A stretch of 45,089 nucleotides of DNA from a virus. The stretch spans positions 1 to 45,089 of IMG/VR virus record IMGVR_UViG_3300027858_000001. One strand, written 5' to 3'. Positions 28,126 to 38,960 of the stretch are shown here, piece by piece. Each line of letters starts with the position of its first letter. The stretch's first letter is position 1. Under the pieces are notes generated by a model. That model was not told where the DNA came from and searched no databases. It worked only from the letters and a program-made list of their open reading frames with translations. Both the position numbers and the translations under genes were made by a program.

Positions 28126-30966
28126 TTATAAAAATTCTAATACTTCAATGTCAGCGCTACCCAACGTGAAGTCTATTGAAGATGTGGTGGAAAAACTTAT
28201 ACCAAAAATTTGAGCTACCCCCTGTGGCCTGACTTCTCGGATCATTGTCGGCGGAGCATGAGCATACCCGGTAGTGAGTACCTGAGTTGACTCCACATTT
28301 ATTGAGTTAATCCTCACATTAAACGTGACCGTGGTGGTGCCGAACGCTCCTGTACCCCTGATGTAATACTTAACCACCAACCGCGAGCTATCACTCTTCG
28401 GGTAGAAATTAGCAAAGTCATCGGTTAAGGATGTTGCTGCTGCCGCCGATCCTCGTCGATACAAGCGATGTTGTATTATTGACTCCCCCTGCTCGTTTTC
28501 ATACTTGAGCTGCTGACCCGCGACGTACCCAGCATGACTCGCGTAGAGCGCCAGCGCTGCTGTCCTGAAAGCGGTCTGGGAGGAGTTAGTCTGTGCTGGC
28601 CTTAGTGACGCAACACCACTATCACGAAAGCCTAACCACGCGTAGTCCGCTACTGCGTCGACCCATGGGAAAACTTTTTGCATCTGGTCCAATACTCTCC
28701 ACCAGGGGGCAGGGTAGTCGTTCTGGTACCCATCACTAGTAGCCCATGCCCCTGAAAGAATTGCTGTCCCACTGAACGCGGTACCATCTGCAATCGAGAT
28801 TTCGCCGGTATACGTGGTGTCAATCGTGACCACCGTGGTCGACGTGAACCCTGTTATCTTCGCCCGTCCACCATCCCAATCGGTTAAGAAACGACCGACA
28901 TCGCCTGCGACGAATGCTGCCCCCGCTGCAGTAGCGGTAACTGCAGCGCCACTGGTTGCAGATAAAGTCAGCGTTACCGCGTGAGTTTCCCCCATCTGCC
29001 ATGACTCGACGTTAGCCCATAGCCGGATCTGCCTGGTGGATGTGATTGATATAGCGTTGGCGATATCGATAGCCCCTCGCCAGATTGTGAAATGAGCATC
29101 GAGTTGCGACCGGGTTAGCGCGGGCACCCATGTATATCGTGCGTTGATCAGGTCGTTTCCGGGGCCAACACTATCCTGAGCACTGAATATATCGCACCCG
29201 GAGTCGATCAGACGTTGTGCGAATGTGCTCGTGGCCGCCAGATCAGCCGGACTGGGAGGTCCTATCATTATTGGCTTTCCATAGGACCGGAGCGAAAGAT
29301 CCGTGCCACTCACGAGAGTGACGTTCCCTGTGTATTGATTACTGAACTCAAACTCACCCGGTTCGTGTGAAATGTAAAACCCGTGAAATGAGTCGTAGTT
29401 GTTGAACTGAGCTATCAGGTCTGCCGCAACTTCGCGAGTACGATCTTGAGCGTTCGTCAATCGAGTCGTGAGAGTCAGACCATATCTCACTGGATCAGCC
29501 CCGCCTGCCGGGTTACCTGTGACTCCATCCCAGTATGAAAGCAAATCGCCCGTGAGAGCTGTGTCGCCATTCCTACCGAGGCCGAGGTATACGTGCATGT
29601 CTTGCTTTTCACACTCGCTCAAGATCACTTCGACCGGGTTGAAATTATCTACGTTCGGGTAGCCGGGTAGCAGTGTCTTCCAGAACGCACCCGTTTGGCT
29701 GGTGTCGTGGTCTGTAGGAAAACTGAACCCCGGTTGATAGAACCAGAATGATAGATACTCTACGTACGGTACGATTGCTGAGCGGATCCCCGCGCTCGCC
29801 ATCTCTCGGATCACCTCTCTTATGTATAGTTCGGTCATGTAGTTAGCAGCGCCATCCGACGACCGCTCGAAAACAGTGACATTTGGTGATAACCGTAACA
29901 GCTCTAACCACGCAGCCGTCGCATAATTTTTATAAGGGAATATGGTGTTATCGTTTTCCGCCATCTTCCTTTTCAGGGTCTGCTTGTCGTTACCCTCTAT
30001 AGGGGTAACAGCGATCTCAGATAAACTGCGAACCCTTACCCCACCATCTCCGGTTATGACTACCGTGCCCATCGTCTGGAACGTACCGGGCACCGGCGAA
30101 TCGACCAGGTAACTGCCTGGGGTAATGAGAGGACTCTCATAAAAAGCTGATGCAGCGAGGAAGGCGGTAGAGTCGTCGGTACCGTCTGCCAACGCCCCAA
30201 ACTGCTTGACGTTAGCCTGACCCGTTACAAACAGCCCGACAAACTCTATCGAAGGTACCGCAGTGGATTTGATCACACTACCGTTATCATCAGTAGCAGC
30301 GGTCACTGCACGCGAGAAGTACACATTACCCCCATCGGTACCTTTGCCTGCGGTGTGTTCAATGCAGAACACCAGCTGATCCACCCCGATACTAGCATCC
30401 GCTTTCATCGCGGCCACCGTCACAACTTTTCTAATGAAGTCGGACTCCACGAAACTACCGGGTAAGATCGAGGAAGGGTCAATGTTTTCCAGCCCCGTGA
30501 GATCCCCCCTCCACCGTAGTATCTGCAGAGACTCAGGGTCAGGCAGTGTCAGTGGTAATGCTCCCGAATAGGAGTCGCCTACCGCTGCCGATCGTGAAAG
30601 TGAATCTCTTAATTGCTGTATCAAGAATGTGAGGTGATCCATCTGATCTTCATGCACATCAGGAAAGAATCCGCCCTGTGAGCTGAACGCGGTCAGCTGG
30701 TTCTCGATATAGTTCGACCGAATATACCACTCAGCGCCTGTAGGGAGCGGACCGGCGATCCTCAGTATGCTGCCTCCCCCGTCAACCCCAATACCCGAAA
30801 CGGTGTAATCGGTGTCCACCGCGAGCAGCGTCTCACCCCCGGCGACATCGGTCTCGTAGACCTTAACCTGACTTTTATCTTTAATCCTGAAAGTGTACGA
30901 GAAAGTGTCCGTAACGTTGTTACCGATGTACGGTCCTGATGTGATGTTAGTCGTGTTTACAGTCAT
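28126..30966 (-). CDS. Tail fibre or tailspike with a putative glycoside-hydrolase-like central domain (946 aa)
   Basis: The N-terminal module (YIGNNVTDTFSYTFRIKDKSQVKVYE...DYTV...FPDVHEDQMDHLTFLIQQL) is common in phage fibre N-termini. FHGFYISHEPGEFEF resembles TIM-barrel hydrolase-like domains. Lies after the internal virion genes. Confidence 0.65.
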   Translation of the reverse strand: MTVNTTNITSGPYIGNNVTDTFSYTFRIKDKSQVKVYETDVAGGETLLAVDTDYTVSGIGVDGGGSILRIAGPLPTGAEWYIRSNYIENQLTAFSSQGGFFPDVHEDQMDHLTFLIQQLRDSLSRSAAVGDSYSGALPLTLPDPESLQILRWRGDLTGLENIDPSSILPGSFVESDFIRKVVTVAAMKADASIGVDQLVFCIEHTAGKGTDGGNVYFSRAVTAATDDNGSVIKSTAVPSIEFVGLFVTGQANVKQFGALADGTDDSTAFLAASAFYESPLITPGSYLVDSPVPGTFQTMGTVVITGDGGVRVRSLSEIAVTPIEGNDKQTLKRKMAENDNTIFPYKNYATAAWLELLRLSPNVTVFERSSDGAANYMTELYIREVIREMASAGIRSAIVPYVEYLSFWFYQPGFSFPTDHDTSQTGAFWKTLLPGYPNVDNFNPVEVILSECEKQDMHVYLGLGRNGDTALTGDLLSYWDGVTGNPAGGADPVRYGLTLTTRLTNAQDRTREVAADLIAQFNNYDSFHGFYISHEPGEFEFSNQYTGNVTLVSGTDLSLRSYGKPIMIGPPSPADLAATSTFAQRLIDSGCDIFSAQDSVGPGNDLINARYTWVPALTRSQLDAHFTIWRGAIDIANAISITSTRQIRLWANVESWQMGETHAVTLTLSATSGAAVTATAAGAAFVAGDVGRFLTDWDGGRAKITGFTSTTVVTIDTTYTGEISIADGTAFSGTAILSGAWATSDGYQNDYPAPWWRVLDQMQKVFPWVDAVADYAWLGFRDSGVASLRPAQTNSSQTAFRTAALALYASHAGYVAGQQLKYENEQGESIIQHRLYRRGSAAAATSLTDDFANFYPKSDSSRLVVKYYIRGTGAFGTTTVTFNVRINSINVESTQVLTTGYAHAPPTMIREVRPQGVAQIFGISFSTTSSIDFTLGSADIEVLEFL

Positions 30967-30968
30967 GG

Positions 30969-33900
30969 TTATTTACGCTCTGGTCCGAATAGGAATGAGT
31001 GCATGCTGGCGTCTTCACCTTCCACGAGAACGTCGTACAAGTGCTCCCCCGTGGCCCATGCCTGATTAACACCGGGGACGCCTACAGCAGCCCCGACAAA
31101 TTTACTGGAACCCTTCACCTGCCCCTTCGTGATATCTTCATCGGTGAACCCTCGTTTAACCAGTTCAGGTATTGACATGGTGCCTTGCTCAAGAACAGCA
31201 GCCAATGGTGTCATATTGTAACCGAATTCCCCTACCGATGCTGACGCCACATCACGGATGAAGGGGATCGACTGTGCAGGGAATAACGCCGTGTTGGTCA
31301 ACATCCGTTGTAATCGATCATCATCATCTTCAGGTTCTCCGAGTTCACCACGCATCATCATCTCGAATAACACCGGTATGGTGAATAGAAACATCGCTTT
31401 AGATGCCACGTTGGTGGTTGAGTATCTCCCCGATTTAGCCCCTTTCACAAGGTCCCTCTCCATGTTCCATAACGAACTGAAAAAGGTCATAAACATCGTG
31501 AGCATCCGGCCAGTCTCTGCTTGACCGCGCATGATCCTCGCCATATTCATGGTCGAGCCGGACCCCTGAACATTCTCGATAACCCAGTCCGCGTGTTGAT
31601 ATGCGCGCTTCTGATCTCCGTGCTCGCTCATCGACTTGATATACGCCGCGTGCCATGTGGGTACATCCACCATGTAAGTCTGGATCAACATGATGTGCTT
31701 CATCGATGTTTCTTGTGCTGCCTTCAGAAACGGTAGATTGCCTACCGTATTGAACGCATCCTTAACTTTCCGACCGGTCTTAATGTCCGCCGAGCTGGTG
31801 ATATTCGCCATCGCGTTCTTTATCTCACGGTCCATCGTGGTCGTGCGGTGCTTCATCACTTTGGAGTTTTCCATCGCGAAATCCAGCGAGTCTTTCATAC
31901 TGGCGGGACTCTTCAAGATACTACGCAATGCCTGGTAGACGGGCCCTATCCCCAGCTCAGCGATGGAGTTGGACAACCCTGATATCTGGATGATCCCCGT
32001 AGACGCCTTGAACCCCATCACACCAAGGGTGGTGCCGAAACGCAGTCGACCTAGTATATCGTCCCAGAACATTTTCACAGGCGCCTCACGGCCATCCTTG
32101 GCGATGTCATTGAGCCACGGCGACAGCTGTGCATACTCTTCTGGACCGAGCTTCGCACTGATGGCTTTAGCAACCCTGGAGTCATTGATCAGCTTATTAA
32201 CTTCACGAACGGTGTCGTGATGCGTGATGTAGTGAATGGTCTCCTGGAAGTGCGACGGCACCACATCCAGGCTCAACCGGATAGCATCATAAGCCCCTGT
32301 CCGCTCACTGGTAGCACTAGCAGTGACCGACGCCTGAATGCTACTGGTAGAACTGAACATTGATTCAGTTTGGGCATCCCGCCGATCTTCATTGAGCTTA
32401 GCTTTCTGTGATTGTTTGGGGTCATATTTGACCGGGTAGTACCCGCCGCGATACTCACCGAAAGGAGTGACCACCGGTACTGCTTCCACTTTCGGTGGAG
32501 CCAGTCCAGTGGTACGACGATGCACCTCTGCCAGTTGCGGGTACAGTTCGTCCATCTTGTCCCAAATTAGCTGCACCATATCCCAATCGCTTTTGGTCAT
32601 GTGCGCCAGGATCGCTTGTAACTGGGGATTATCGAGGGTAATCGACGCGTCCACATCGGGGTCAGCCCACTGTTCACCAAGTAACATCTTACGCAGGTTC
32701 CCCGTGTTACCAGTGTTCAGTGCCACTGCGAGCACCTGATGACCGAAGAGGTTATCCTCGATCTCAGGGATATACAGTTTCTGGTTGTGCCGTTTGATAT
32801 CTGCTTTACTGCGGTTCTGAATGGCGTTCATAACGTCTACGCCGGTCTGGTCCCACAACGCCTGTTCACTGTCATAGGCGTCAACGAACCCCTGAACCAA
32901 TATCTGATGGCTAATACCTGTGCGCTCTCCACCATCTAACCAGCTGGCCATGAAGGGGATCTTGGTCATCTGAGCCATCATCCAACGACCCCAGTGGGCA
33001 CCCTCAACAACAGTGGTACGACTGGTGCTGAACTTATCGTCAGACGCCTCATCCATGCTGTCCACCCAATTAGTGACCAGTTTGTCGAATGTGATCTGAT
33101 CCTCTAACCGGGTGATCTTGTTTGAATACCGTGCAACGTGTTCGATGTTCTTCAATGATTCGTCGACACCTTTCAGCGCTGCCGACGGCACCTCCTTCCA
33201 GTGGGTCACGTAAAGCTCATCGAGTACCTCGGGCGTGAGCACCAACCCTTCACCGTGAACCTCCATTCGGTCCTTGGCCCACATTGCGATGTTTTCGTTT
33301 TCCTTATCCACCGCCTTCAGGGTGGCGGATTTGCGGAATTCAAAGCGGTTCAGGATCTTGACGATCTGCCCCCAATGACCGCCGTCTGCTTTCATGATCT
33401 CTTCGCGAACAGATTTTTTAGAGTACCGAGCGACACGATCCACAATACCCTCGGTGGTTTCACGAGCTTTGGTCGCTTCCATCCCCAGGTAGTAATTCAC
33501 CACCTGGCGGCGTTTAGCTTCCATCGCCCCTTCCTTATTCCCCTCAGCGAGCATACGTGCAGACTCTTGAGCTGCGCGGATCTCCGCCTTGCGATACTTA
33601 CCGGGGTGAGTCTCACGGTACGACAGCTTGCCTATGCGCTCCTCTGCCACCGCCTTGATGGTAGCCCGATCAACCGTGGGGGTGCGTGACTGCCTAGCAA
33701 GTGCTTTCAGCTCTTTGAGTAGCAGCTTACCGCGTTCCTCGTTCATCACTGCAGCGTCTGCACGCGCTTCGAGGGTGCCATCGGTCATCACATCACCGTG
33801 ACGTTCCAGCATGATCTGCTGCGCCCGTGCGTCGGCTGCGTGTTCTATCTTCGGTGCGTTGATGAGTTCGCCCAACATCTCTGACCCGGAAGTGAACCCG

Positions 33901-36900
33901 AGCAGCCCTGCAGCTTCATCAGGGTGCAACCCTATACCACCCTTGGCAGTCATGCCTCGCAGCGGCGGCGGGATCGACACTGATTTACGACCGAGCTTGT
34001 CGACCTTCTCCTCGCTAACCTGGTCCTTCACCGTAGCGTGATCCAACTTGATGTCACCGTCGCGCAGGGTTGTCCGTGCGCGGTATACCGGCTCATCGCC
34101 AAGTGCGACCATCTGCTCATCAATGATGTCCTGCTTTTCCTCTTTCCACCATTCTTTAGTTTGATTGGTCAAGTGTCGGAGCATCTCATCACGCAGCGTC
34201 TCGGTCTGCTTGTCCTTGGTCTGTTCGACCTGCTGCTGGTACGCGTGGAACTCCTCCTCGGTCATACCCGCCATCGTCGCATCGGTGAACATTGGCTCGT
34301 GCTGTGCCCGTGTCTCTGCTGCTGCGATCTGCTCCTCTGTTGCCAGCAACCGGTCGAACACCTCACGCATCTCGGCGTCGAGATTGACGTTCAGCTTGCC
34401 CCGGAGCGACCGGTAGAGCTGGGTCAGCCATCGAGCGAACGTGCGGAACACGTTACGCAGCTCTACCGATGGGGCCTTGCCTTCCATCAGATAGGTCTCG
34501 AATCCCCGTGCGAACTGCTCATGCGCTGCCCGGCGAATCGCTGTATCCTTTGCCGGGTTGCCAGTGGTAGTCTGATCCAGGAACGCGACCACATCGTCTT
34601 CAGTGATGGGGCCATCTTTACGAGTGGAGCCTGCTTCTTGCCCCAGCACCTCAGTCGTATCACCCAGGTGTGTGTTAGCTTCTTTCGCAACATCGGCAGC
34701 GTTACGCTTGAACCACTCGTTGATGGTTTGTACGGTATCGCTACCAGTCTTCAGCTCCATCTCATACATGAAGTGAGCGAACTCGTGAACAAACGTGGAC
34801 AGATCCGCAGCCTCGGTCAACCGGATCACCGAGGTAGCAGGGTCGAAGGTGCCTCGTGTGTTCTGAAACAACAGTTGCGTCTGCTCTGCTGTAACTTGTT
34901 GGCGAGTTTTACCTTTACCGCTGGGATCGTACACTCTGATTTTCAGTCCAGCATCCTTCAGAACTTGCTTTGCTTCACTGGATAGACCGCGAGGTACTAC
35001 TGCCGTGTGAAACTCACTGAAACTCACTGGTCGTTGTATTTTAGTTTCAAAATAACTGGTTGGCAGTGCTACAAGGTACTCCGTTAAATCGTTGATCACT
35101 TGCCATGTTTCGGGGGTCATGTCGAACGTTTCAAGCACTTCTCTACGTCCACCCATTATCGCGGTGCCGGCGTCGTCGGCGTACCCCCACGACGACGCGT
35201 CGAATTTATAAAACGGTTTTAGTTTGTCGAGAGCATCCATGAACACCGTTTGGGATTCATCCTTAACCTTGGTCAGTTCCTCTTCAGTGATGATTTGGTC
35301 GCGGCGAGCCTGCACTTGCTTGATCGTTTTCATCTCGTTAGCGTATGCCGACCTGACGGATCCCGCACCGTAAAACGATGCCTCGCCGCCTTGCAACTTC
35401 TGCGTCATCGCTTTCACCACGTTGGTGAGGTTGTAATCCACGTACTTTCTGTTGCCGCTGGGGGTAAACCCTTTGAACAGCTTTTTACTCTTGACCATGC
35501 TGTTAAACTGATCAGTCGCCCATTGGTCGTACGCATCGCGTGTCTTTTTAACCCGCATCTTCTTATCGATGTCTGCTCGCAGCTGATGGGTATCGACCGC
35601 GCCGTGCTGCTTGAACCGGCGAACCTCTGCCTCGAAACCACGCAAATTACTGTCCTGGACTTCCCCTTCCTCCGTGAACCAGAGGTCAGCGTATCGCTCA
35701 GCTCGATCTGGACTCGCCTCTTCAGCATTTTTCAATATAGCGGTGTAATGTTGTTTCGCTATTTTCCGAAACTTATCACTACGAGAATCCGCGACATCTA
35801 GCTTTGCTGCTTTCCGAACTGTCGAACTGATCTTCTTGTTCTTCGGTTTGGGTGCTTTGTTTTGTTGTTGAAGCCATAAATACTGTGCTGCCGTAGATCG
35901 CTGAAAGCTCTCCGCTCCCCCTTGGCCCTCCATCGAGTCGATATCAAGATCATCCAGGTCCAGGTGTCGAAGCTCTCTTAACTGAAGGTTGATTTCATTG
36001 AACTTGTCGAGATCGATATCATAGGTCGCCCGAGGTTGACGAGGACTGTAAATGTCACTATCAAAAGTGCGCGCACGTTCAGAGTTGAGAATCGACGGAT
36101 CGGCTAGTAATGACACCTCACCGAACGACGTGAACTCTCCTTTATCAGTGCGAAGAGTAGCAAGGGATGGTGCCGCTAACCCACCCAAATCCGCTGCAGC
36201 CAGTATGTTCTCTGCGGACAGGTTATGTGTGACGATAAGGTTTTCATCTACAGACTGAGCCAGTAGATTAGCGGACCCGCTCTCATCAGGGTCAAACGCT
36301 GCATTGACTGATCGGGCATTCGACGCGTCATATATAGCAGTGTTAAGAACATCTGCCTCTTTAACCACGAATGAGTCATACCCGAGGCTGCGGATCGCTG
36401 CCTGCACAGGCAAGCTCTCCACGGTCTCCCAGTTTTCCATCGCTTCGTTGTCCGACATTTCAACGATCGTGTCCTTGGCTTGAGTAGCAGCATCGCCCTG
36501 GTCAACGCCTGTTTTCACCAGCTCATCGGTCAACGCCTGCTCAAACGCGGTGCTCTCCGACTCACTCCAGTCCAACGGATTGAACCGCTTCTCGTTCCTC
36601 AGTATCACCGGGTAGACGGTCGGTGACACCTCATCGCTTGCCTCCCCTCGCTGTTGAGAGAAGATGGTGGCGAACGCGCTCTCCGGCGTGAAAAACGTAT
36701 ACCCGCGCCCATGCCCCGCTTTACTCGGTTTGAACTCGTTAATGTCCCCGGTAGTGGCACCGTGATACATGATCGTGTTGGTGTCAAACCCCATCTCAGC
36801 GGCCCGCGTCATGCGGCCCTCTTGAGACATGTCCAGACCTTTATCCGCAGCGTTTATCCACTCACGGCCTTCACCGATGTCAACGCCTTCGTACCCTTCA

Positions 36901-38960
36901 GCGGCGGCCTGTTCGAGTACCTCCCCCTCTGCGATGGCGTCAGCCCTACCGGTCTGTGGCCCTTCAACGGTAAGCCCTGATTGAGTGTAAGCCTCTGTGA
37001 TCGAGATCCCGTTCTTCTTAGCATGAACAGTCGCCCACGCAGGTAAGAGCTGCGCCATCACCCCCGCGTTTTTAGGGGTGACCATACCGGTGTCGACCAG
37101 TTGACCCTTGAGCGACTCGTACATCTCCTGCGCTTCAACGTACGCGCTGGCATCTTTGCTGGCATCTTCGATCAGCGCATCAACAAACTTCTCGTGCTCT
37201 TTTGTTGCCTGCTCCTGACGAAGCGGTGAGATGGCGTCAGGGTCCATGGTCATACCCGGGCGCAGCGCATCGAAGTGCTCCGTGCCGCTGATCTCTGATG
37301 CAAATTTCTCAGTCGGAACCACGACATCGATATCCAGTACCGCCGCTTCCCGCGCCTGTTTCTGCAATAACTGTAACGCGGCATCCGATGCTATTTCATC
37401 CGCCGTCTTGCCTTGCAGATAAGTAGCTACCTGTTCACCGTCGATGTAAACGTTCTCGTTACCTTCACCGGTCACCCCGGAGACGAACTCCTCGAACTTA
37501 CCCTTGTTCCGTGCTTTCAACTTGTCGTTGGCAACGGCTGCGTTCAGTGAATCGATTTTCTTCTGGTCGATCTCGTTCAGTTCTTTTCTGCGATTAGCAT
37601 CCGACCGAGCGTGAATCGCTGTACCAATGCCACCAGGGATGATAGACGCCTGGAATCCTGTGACCGCTGCCTCGGCAACCCTGGGCACTGCCTCGGCCAT
37701 GTTGTCGAATACCTGCTCGAAGTCGTGATCGGTGAACGCACCATCGTCCATGAGCTTGACCACTTCCCCCATGCTCACGTTGGTGAACTCCTGGAACCCC
37801 TCGGTCGCACCTTCAACGAATAGCGCGCCGGCATACCGCCGACCTAACCGCTTCATCGCCTGTCGGCCTGTCTCGGTTCCAAGCGCTTCCATGACTTTCT
37901 TGCGGATCTTCGACTTCATCATCGGGTTGAACTTGCCACCGACCGCACCCATCGTCCCGCCGATCGCTGCGATACCGAGTGACTCCGCTGCAGCGTTAAT
38001 AACGCCCACCACTAGCGCACCGTACCCGGCAAGCTCAGGGTCTATGACATTACCATCGTCATCGGTCAGCGCTGCCAACTCGTTAAAGGCGATGCCTGAC
38101 TCAAGATCGAACGCGCCCTTAGCCGTTCCCACGCGAGCGCCGACACGAACCCCTACCGCTGCCCCTGCTATCGCGCCAGGAAGCGCCCCTGCCCCTGCAG
38201 CGGTCGCGCCAACTGCGGCACCGATCGCCCCGCCGGTGACACCACCACCTGCACCGAACTTAATCGACTCGGTGAAGATGTCTCCCATGATGGGTAGCAT
38301 CTCGGTAGTTGCCAGAGGCGTGTTCAGTATCGGACCGAAGTCTTCAATGGGGGACGCCATCTCCTCCTCGATCTCGCGCAGGCGTGCAACCTGGTCCTCG
38401 GTTAACGGATCCCCCATGCTGATGGAGTTCCACATCCCCACCTGACCCAAACGTGACGACTCTACCGCTAACTGGCCATGACCGAACGAATCCTTGACGG
38501 CCTGTCCGTAATCTTTGACATCATCGACCACCTCACCTGCCGTTTTCAAGGTGTCCTCAATGATCTGCATGACATCTATATCATCTTGAGCAATGATCGC
38601 ATTGTCGAAGTTGCTGACAAACTTAGCAGTGCCAGGACTCTTCTCAGTCATGGAGTCAAAGTCAACCTGGTCCAGCTTCAGCTTTTGCTCCATCGCTTCT
38701 GAGTCAGCTTCCACCGCGATCATCGGAGCGCCGGTCGCCGCACTGAGGTTCATCTTCTTGGCGTGCGCGTCGGGATCAACTTTGACTGCTTCACTGAAGT
38801 TCGCAATCTGACGGACCGGGTCAACCCCCGGCGCGGTTGTTGTTCCTATGTCCAGTGGTGCCAGATCCAGCGGAACGGGTGGTGCCACCCCTTCATCGAG
38901 TGGTTTTTCTTTGGCGATACCGAAAGCGCCGAAATCAACGTTCTCTAAATTTAATTCCAT
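30969..38960 (-). CDS. Giant internal virion/ejection protein with polyvalent-protein features (2663 aa)
   Basis: Continuous 7,992-nt ORF in the T7 gp16-equivalent position. Gly/Ala zipper-like hydrophobic region at aa 235-345 (37926-38258). MYHGATTGDINEFKPS...GYTFFTPESAF lies near aa 731 (about 36700-36770). HEFAH is at aa 1392 (34773-34787), followed by AHEQFARGFETYL. Hydrophobic C-terminal segments. Confidence 0.8.
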   Translation of the reverse strand: MELNLENVDFGAFGIAKEKPLDEGVAPPVPLDLAPLDIGTTTAPGVDPVRQIANFSEAVKVDPDAHAKKMNLSAATGAPMIAVEADSEAMEQKLKLDQVDFDSMTEKSPGTAKFVSNFDNAIIAQDDIDVMQIIEDTLKTAGEVVDDVKDYGQAVKDSFGHGQLAVESSRLGQVGMWNSISMGDPLTEDQVARLREIEEEMASPIEDFGPILNTPLATTEMLPIMGDIFTESIKFGAGGGVTGGAIGAAVGATAAGAGALPGAIAGAAVGVRVGARVGTAKGAFDLESGIAFNELAALTDDDGNVIDPELAGYGALVVGVINAAAESLGIAAIGGTMGAVGGKFNPMMKSKIRKKVMEALGTETGRQAMKRLGRRYAGALFVEGATEGFQEFTNVSMGEVVKLMDDGAFTDHDFEQVFDNMAEAVPRVAEAAVTGFQASIIPGGIGTAIHARSDANRRKELNEIDQKKIDSLNAAVANDKLKARNKGKFEEFVSGVTGEGNENVYIDGEQVATYLQGKTADEIASDAALQLLQKQAREAAVLDIDVVVPTEKFASEISGTEHFDALRPGMTMDPDAISPLRQEQATKEHEKFVDALIEDASKDASAYVEAQEMYESLKGQLVDTGMVTPKNAGVMAQLLPAWATVHAKKNGISITEAYTQSGLTVEGPQTGRADAIAEGEVLEQAAAEGYEGVDIGEGREWINAADKGLDMSQEGRMTRAAEMGFDTNTIMYHGATTGDINEFKPSKAGHGRGYTFFTPESAFATIFSQQRGEASDEVSPTVYPVILRNEKRFNPLDWSESESTAFEQALTDELVKTGVDQGDAATQAKDTIVEMSDNEAMENWETVESLPVQAAIRSLGYDSFVVKEADVLNTAIYDASNARSVNAAFDPDESGSANLLAQSVDENLIVTHNLSAENILAAADLGGLAAPSLATLRTDKGEFTSFGEVSLLADPSILNSERARTFDSDIYSPRQPRATYDIDLDKFNEINLQLRELRHLDLDDLDIDSMEGQGGAESFQRSTAAQYLWLQQQNKAPKPKNKKISSTVRKAAKLDVADSRSDKFRKIAKQHYTAILKNAEEASPDRAERYADLWFTEEGEVQDSNLRGFEAEVRRFKQHGAVDTHQLRADIDKKMRVKKTRDAYDQWATDQFNSMVKSKKLFKGFTPSGNRKYVDYNLTNVVKAMTQKLQGGEASFYGAGSVRSAYANEMKTIKQVQARRDQIITEEELTKVKDESQTVFMDALDKLKPFYKFDASSWGYADDAGTAIMGGRREVLETFDMTPETWQVINDLTEYLVALPTSYFETKIQRPVSFSEFHTAVVPRGLSSEAKQVLKDAGLKIRVYDPSGKGKTRQQVTAEQTQLLFQNTRGTFDPATSVIRLTEAADLSTFVHEFAHFMYEMELKTGSDTVQTINEWFKRNAADVAKEANTHLGDTTEVLGQEAGSTRKDGPITEDDVVAFLDQTTTGNPAKDTAIRRAAHEQFARGFETYLMEGKAPSVELRNVFRTFARWLTQLYRSLRGKLNVNLDAEMREVFDRLLATEEQIAAAETRAQHEPMFTDATMAGMTEEEFHAYQQQVEQTKDKQTETLRDEMLRHLTNQTKEWWKEEKQDIIDEQMVALGDEPVYRARTTLRDGDIKLDHATVKDQVSEEKVDKLGRKSVSIPPPLRGMTAKGGIGLHPDEAAGLLGFTSGSEMLGELINAPKIEHAADARAQQIMLERHGDVMTDGTLEARADAAVMNEERGKLLLKELKALARQSRTPTVDRATIKAVAEERIGKLSYRETHPGKYRKAEIRAAQESARMLAEGNKEGAMEAKRRQVVNYYLGMEATKARETTEGIVDRVARYSKKSVREEIMKADGGHWGQIVKILNRFEFRKSATLKAVDKENENIAMWAKDRMEVHGEGLVLTPEVLDELYVTHWKEVPSAALKGVDESLKNIEHVARYSNKITRLEDQITFDKLVTNWVDSMDEASDDKFSTSRTTVVEGAHWGRWMMAQMTKIPFMASWLDGGERTGISHQILVQGFVDAYDSEQALWDQTGVDVMNAIQNRSKADIKRHNQKLYIPEIEDNLFGHQVLAVALNTGNTGNLRKMLLGEQWADPDVDASITLDNPQLQAILAHMTKSDWDMVQLIWDKMDELYPQLAEVHRRTTGLAPPKVEAVPVVTPFGEYRGGYYPVKYDPKQSQKAKLNEDRRDAQTESMFSSTSSIQASVTASATSERTGAYDAIRLSLDVVPSHFQETIHYITHHDTVREVNKLINDSRVAKAISAKLGPEEYAQLSPWLNDIAKDGREAPVKMFWDDILGRLRFGTTLGVMGFKASTGIIQISGLSNSIAELGIGPVYQALRSILKSPASMKDSLDFAMENSKVMKHRTTTMDREIKNAMANITSSADIKTGRKVKDAFNTVGNLPFLKAAQETSMKHIMLIQTYMVDVPTWHAAYIKSMSEHGDQKRAYQHADWVIENVQGSGSTMNMARIMRGQAETGRMLTMFMTFFSSLWNMERDLVKGAKSGRYSTTNVASKAMFLFTIPVLFEMMMRGELGEPEDDDDRLQRMLTNTALFPAQSIPFIRDVASASVGEFGYNMTPLAAVLEQGTMSIPELVKRGFTDEDITKGQVKGSSKFVGAAVGVPGVNQAWATGEHLYDVLVEGEDASMHSFLFGPERK

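Noticed and set aside
24814-30966. Diversity-generating retroelement acting on the fibre or lectin genes, considered because the head genes looked BPP-1-like
   Set aside because: No reverse-transcriptase ORF exists anywhere in the genome, and I saw no template/variable repeat pair.
34038-34985. 315-aa plus-strand ORF inside the giant gene
   Set aside because: It lies entirely antisense to an uninterrupted 2663-aa ORF. It has a Leu/Cys/His-rich low-complexity translation and no RBS. It is a typical shadow ORF.
37732-38445. 237-aa Ala/Pro-rich plus-strand ORF
   Set aside because: It is the antisense frame of the Gly/Ala-rich segment of the giant protein. Such GC-rich repeats keep the opposite frame open by composition alone.
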